Of a stretch of DNA of 64,000 nucleotides, positions 60,282 through 64,000 are shown piece by piece (the first letter of the stretch is position 1; the number at the start of each line of letters is the position of its first letter). The translations under genes were made by a program, and so were the position numbers. The stretch is from Eledone cirrhosa (lineage: Eukaryota), in assembly GCA_964016885.1 (NCBI GenBank), contig OZ024753.1, forward strand, positions 33,480,001-33,544,000, in the 5' to 3' direction. The notes below the pieces were generated by a model that worked only from the letters and a program-made list of their open reading frames with translations, was not told the origin of the DNA and made no database searches.

Positions 60282-60475
60282 TCAGAATGGAGGCAGTAAA
60301 AACCAGTTAGACCTTTACTCACCAGAGTATTCGATACTTGGAGTAGTAGAGTGGTAATATGAAAAATGTTTGACCCCAACAGCTGAGCTCCGGCTGTTTC
60401 GACAGCTAGATCCGATAAAGTTCAGATCTAGCAGCAGAAACAGCATGAGCTCAGCTGTTGGGGTCCCAAATTTTT

Positions 60476-60479
<4 letters not shown>
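60282..60479 (-). mobile_element. Family H element, second subfamily
   Basis: Hairpin 60372-60466 plus a tail homologous to 33140-33223; (TA)n on both sides. Confidence 0.78.
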
Positions 60480-60522
<43 letters not shown>

Positions 60523-60523
<1 letters not shown>

Positions 60524-60708
60524 GAAAAAGTATGACCCTGCCGGCAGAGCTCAAGCCGTTTCGACGGCTATTTCTGGAATAGCCGTCGAAACGGCTTGAG
60601 CTCTGCCGTCGAGGTCATACTTTTTCCTATTTCCCACTCTACTACCCTAAGTATTGAGTACTCTGGTGCGTTATGGTCCATCTGGTTCCTTACCACATTT
60701 CCTTTGTC
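60523..60708 (+). mobile_element. Family H element
   Basis: Near-identical to 1018-1212 with a shorter hairpin centre. Confidence 0.82.
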
Positions 60709-61399
60709 ATATATATATATAGATATATATATATATGTGATAGTAAGTAGGAACGAGTTGTCAAAGTATCATCATTAAGTTATTCAGGTGTGACATTCAT
60801 TTCACAATAGCTCACCTCTAGGTGTGATCCTACCTATGCATCGAGTGCTCAAGTTGGTGAACTAATAGTAATGTAAAGTGGTGACCTATCTAATCTTTGC
60901 TTACAAGGAAAAATGAATATTAAGCCACCACTACAACTGCCAAGATTTACCCCCAATCAATGCCACCACTATTACCATGACATTCTTTATTAGAAACATA
61001 AACCTCCTCTAACTTTGTTAATTTTAGTACAAAGTTTATATTTAATAATTATTTCTCACCTCTATACAACAATAACAAAACTGTGACAAAAATATAGAAT
61101 GAATCAACAATTAAAATAACAAACTTCTCAATGCAACAACAACAATAAAAATACAATTAAAGTATTAAAAATATAACACAGAAAATGGTTCAATGATGAT
61201 GTAAACCAATTTCATCTTTAAGTTTATTGCCTGTGACATTTCAAATTATCAGTATTGAAGCAAGGAAATTTATATTCAACCTTCTCATAAATGTGAAGAC
61301 AATTTGGAAGAGAAGGCAATATAAAATTCTTTATAAATATATATATCTTTTGAAAGTAAAGATGGTGTTTAATCTAACGATAAAATGACATTTATCCAA

Positions 61400-61530
61400 C
61401 TCAAGGCACGGTGTCTCTTCAACTGTTACTACACTGGGCTTTACTCTTCAGAGCTGGCTAGTTTCCTACCACCTTCACTTAGCCACAGTCGACTCAATTG
61501 CTTGTGCTCCTCTCGTCACCCATGCTATGT
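61400..61530 (+). pseudogene. Possible CR1/L2-group LINE C-terminal remnant
   Basis: LFNCYYTGLYSSELASFLPP...R......HP resembles the 'LFYRYY.G.CS.EL...PP' LINE motif. Confidence 0.4.
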
Positions 61531-61947
61531 CCATCCCCTCATGCCCCACCATACATACGTACATACATACATACACATACATACATACATACAGGCACTC
61601 CCGCACACTTAACTATCTAGACACCTATCCATCTACATACATGACCACCCAGTTGATGTCTTAATTTCTAGGAAAATGTTTTGCTTCTACATTAATAATA
61701 AGCTCTTTCACAATTGGGAAGAAATTTGTAAAATATAACCAGAACATACATACATACACACATACACACACACACACTCACACATACAGTATATCCCAAT
61801 CAGTCTTGTGTGTTAGAAACCAATTCTCTATTGGTAAAAAGTAATAAAATAATAAAACCAGAACACACACATACATGCATGTATGTATGTATGCATGCAT
61901 TTATATTAAAATTCTGACCATTATTATGGTAGTGATAATGTAAAAAT

Positions 61948-62067
61948 AAATTGTTTCTCCATTTGGCACAAGGCCAGCAATTACCCAGTGCATTACTGGT
62001 ACTTTATTTTATCAACCCCGTAAGGATGAAAGGCAAAGTTAACCTCGACGGGATTTGAACTCAGAAT
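61948..62067 (-). mobile_element. SINE family B (partial)
   Basis: Matches the family B core. Confidence 0.85.
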
Positions 62068-64000
62068 GACATGTAGAATAGATATGTGTTAAGATTTACA
62101 GGACAATAGACAAGCAAATTTATACAACTGAGAACAAGTTATATTTAATATTATCCTGAAATATAAAAAATGTTCTAGGCTTGAATTTTTAGTTCTCAAC
62201 CAACAGAATACATTGTATTTATTCCAATGAAAATAACCCATAAATGTAAATGGTTGAACAATAACTGTTTCTAGCAAAGCATTATAAGTTCTTAATGTCG
62301 TTCCACATACTTGTTCTTACAACTCAATAGGGAAATATTATCAACTTTACACACATTCTTATACCATCAAATATTATGGATTATTTTAAAGGTCTTGTTT
62401 TATATTTTATGTATTATATAATTATTTCAAAAATGTGGTTCAATCTTTATTTTTATATTCACCATTCTTATATAATGGTTCTACGATATACTGGGGAATG
62501 TTGGATTTGCAGTATTGGTAGAGTGTTTGGCAACAAGATTTGTAGCATAGTGTTATAGTGTCTGGTGGGGGAGCCAATTTAGTCACTGACCACTCGACCA
62601 TAAAGCAGGTGGTACTGGGTTACATGGTATCAGTAGCAGGCAAAAGGCTGACCTGATATAATAGTATGTATAATATACAGTCATAGTACACAGGCAAAGT
62701 AAACTACATTGTAATAAGTCTAAGTCTAACATGAACTATCAAGTACGATAATTATTAACAAAATATAAAATCCTTCAAAATATTTCATCTAAATGTGTGT
62801 CAGATGATTCTATTATTTAGTATTCCTAATCAGTTGTCGTTTATCTCAATTCTTACTTTGGCAAATTTCTTTATTGTTCTCATTCTTTCACTGAACTTGA
62901 ACAACGATACTTAATTGACAGAATTATCATCACTGGTATTAACAGTAGAAGAAACTGCATTAATTCATCTCACGTGCATACTAAGGCAATTTTCATATGC
63001 ACTCAACAATCTTGCCCCTATACCTACTTTAATGATATCATTATGATTGCAACTGATAGGAACCTATTGCTATCCTACTTCCCACACACATATGCACACA
63101 CAAACACACACCTATGTATATATATATATTTTCTTCCTCTTCATAGCACTTAAAACTCTTGCCTTCTAGTAAATATTTTGATTATTTTCTCATTATTTCT
63201 CTCTAGATTAATTTTCATACATTTCCCCCCATAAATAAGCAACAACAGAAGTATACAGCTACATATAAGAAGAGTCACTGTAGGCATTAAAACACACACA
63301 CACATAGTCACTGTTATATTGTTCATTAACTTATTTTATTTTTGTAATAATGGTTTATAATTTAGGCACAAGGTCAGTAAATTGGAGAGTGGGGAGTCAA
63401 TTATCTAGACTCAGTACTGGACTGTTAGTTTCATTTATTGACACTGGAAGGAAGACTAAGTAAGCCATACAGAATATTGTGGAAGTAGGAGGCAGTCAAA
63501 GGACTCTGTAAAGTGTATAGGGATAGGAAAGTTATCCAGTTATAGGAAAATTACCAAATAAAGGTTTGGGTAGATTCTTTAGCTATATCAAAGACATCTC
63601 TACCTCCCTAGAGCTGGTATCATGATAAAATGCACTTTGTAGCACCACTCGATCATGAAGCAGGTTGTTCTGCGTTACATTGTACCAGTAGCTGTTAGCA
63701 GCCTGACCAAGTACAATAGTAACATTATGATACTCAATATCAATTTAATATCATTTAACTCTCTATTCCAGTTTCTAAAAACTCAACAACTAATAGAAAT
63801 AGAAAAATCTATACTTTTTTATTTAACTTGTTACTTATCACATTTGATGATCTTCCAACGTATTTCTACATCAAAAGTAATTTGCCAAAACTAAAACAAA
63901 CGGAATGTGTAATTTAATTAATGTACATTACTGAATTTACTGAAATATAAAGTTTCATTTGTTATTTCTTTATATTCCTTATAATTTATTTAAATTAATC

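Overview
AT-rich eukaryotic, repeat-dominated window with no recognisable host protein-coding gene. The repeat content (CORE-type tRNA-SINEs, RTE LINEs with (ATG)n tails, very long TA/CA microsatellites) suggests a cephalopod such as Octopus, which is an inference. Nearly all long ORFs in the track are microsatellite translation artefacts. Supported features: a 5'-truncated, disrupted RTE LINE (48883-51713, minus) with a PHD-type finger inside the RT region, many RTE 3' fragments, two abundant SINE families, an internally deleted DD37D (maT) Tc1/mariner element, mariner- and piggyBac-type MITEs, a 200-N gap, and a ~19 kb (TA)n/CA array. The main discovery is a set of non-coding elements sitting inside (TA)n tracts that carry type I hammerhead ribozyme motifs (CUGANGA...GAAA...NUH) with a minimal, palindromic stem III and an enlarged stem II. 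At least four unrelated sequence families are present. They occur as a ~458-nt tandem array (retrozyme-like) or as head-to-head fold-back inverted repeats, and a 7-copy hairpin family appears to keep only the 3' half of a hammerhead. This looks like a microsatellite-targeting Penelope-pLTR/retrozyme system. Cleavage activity and novelty are untested.
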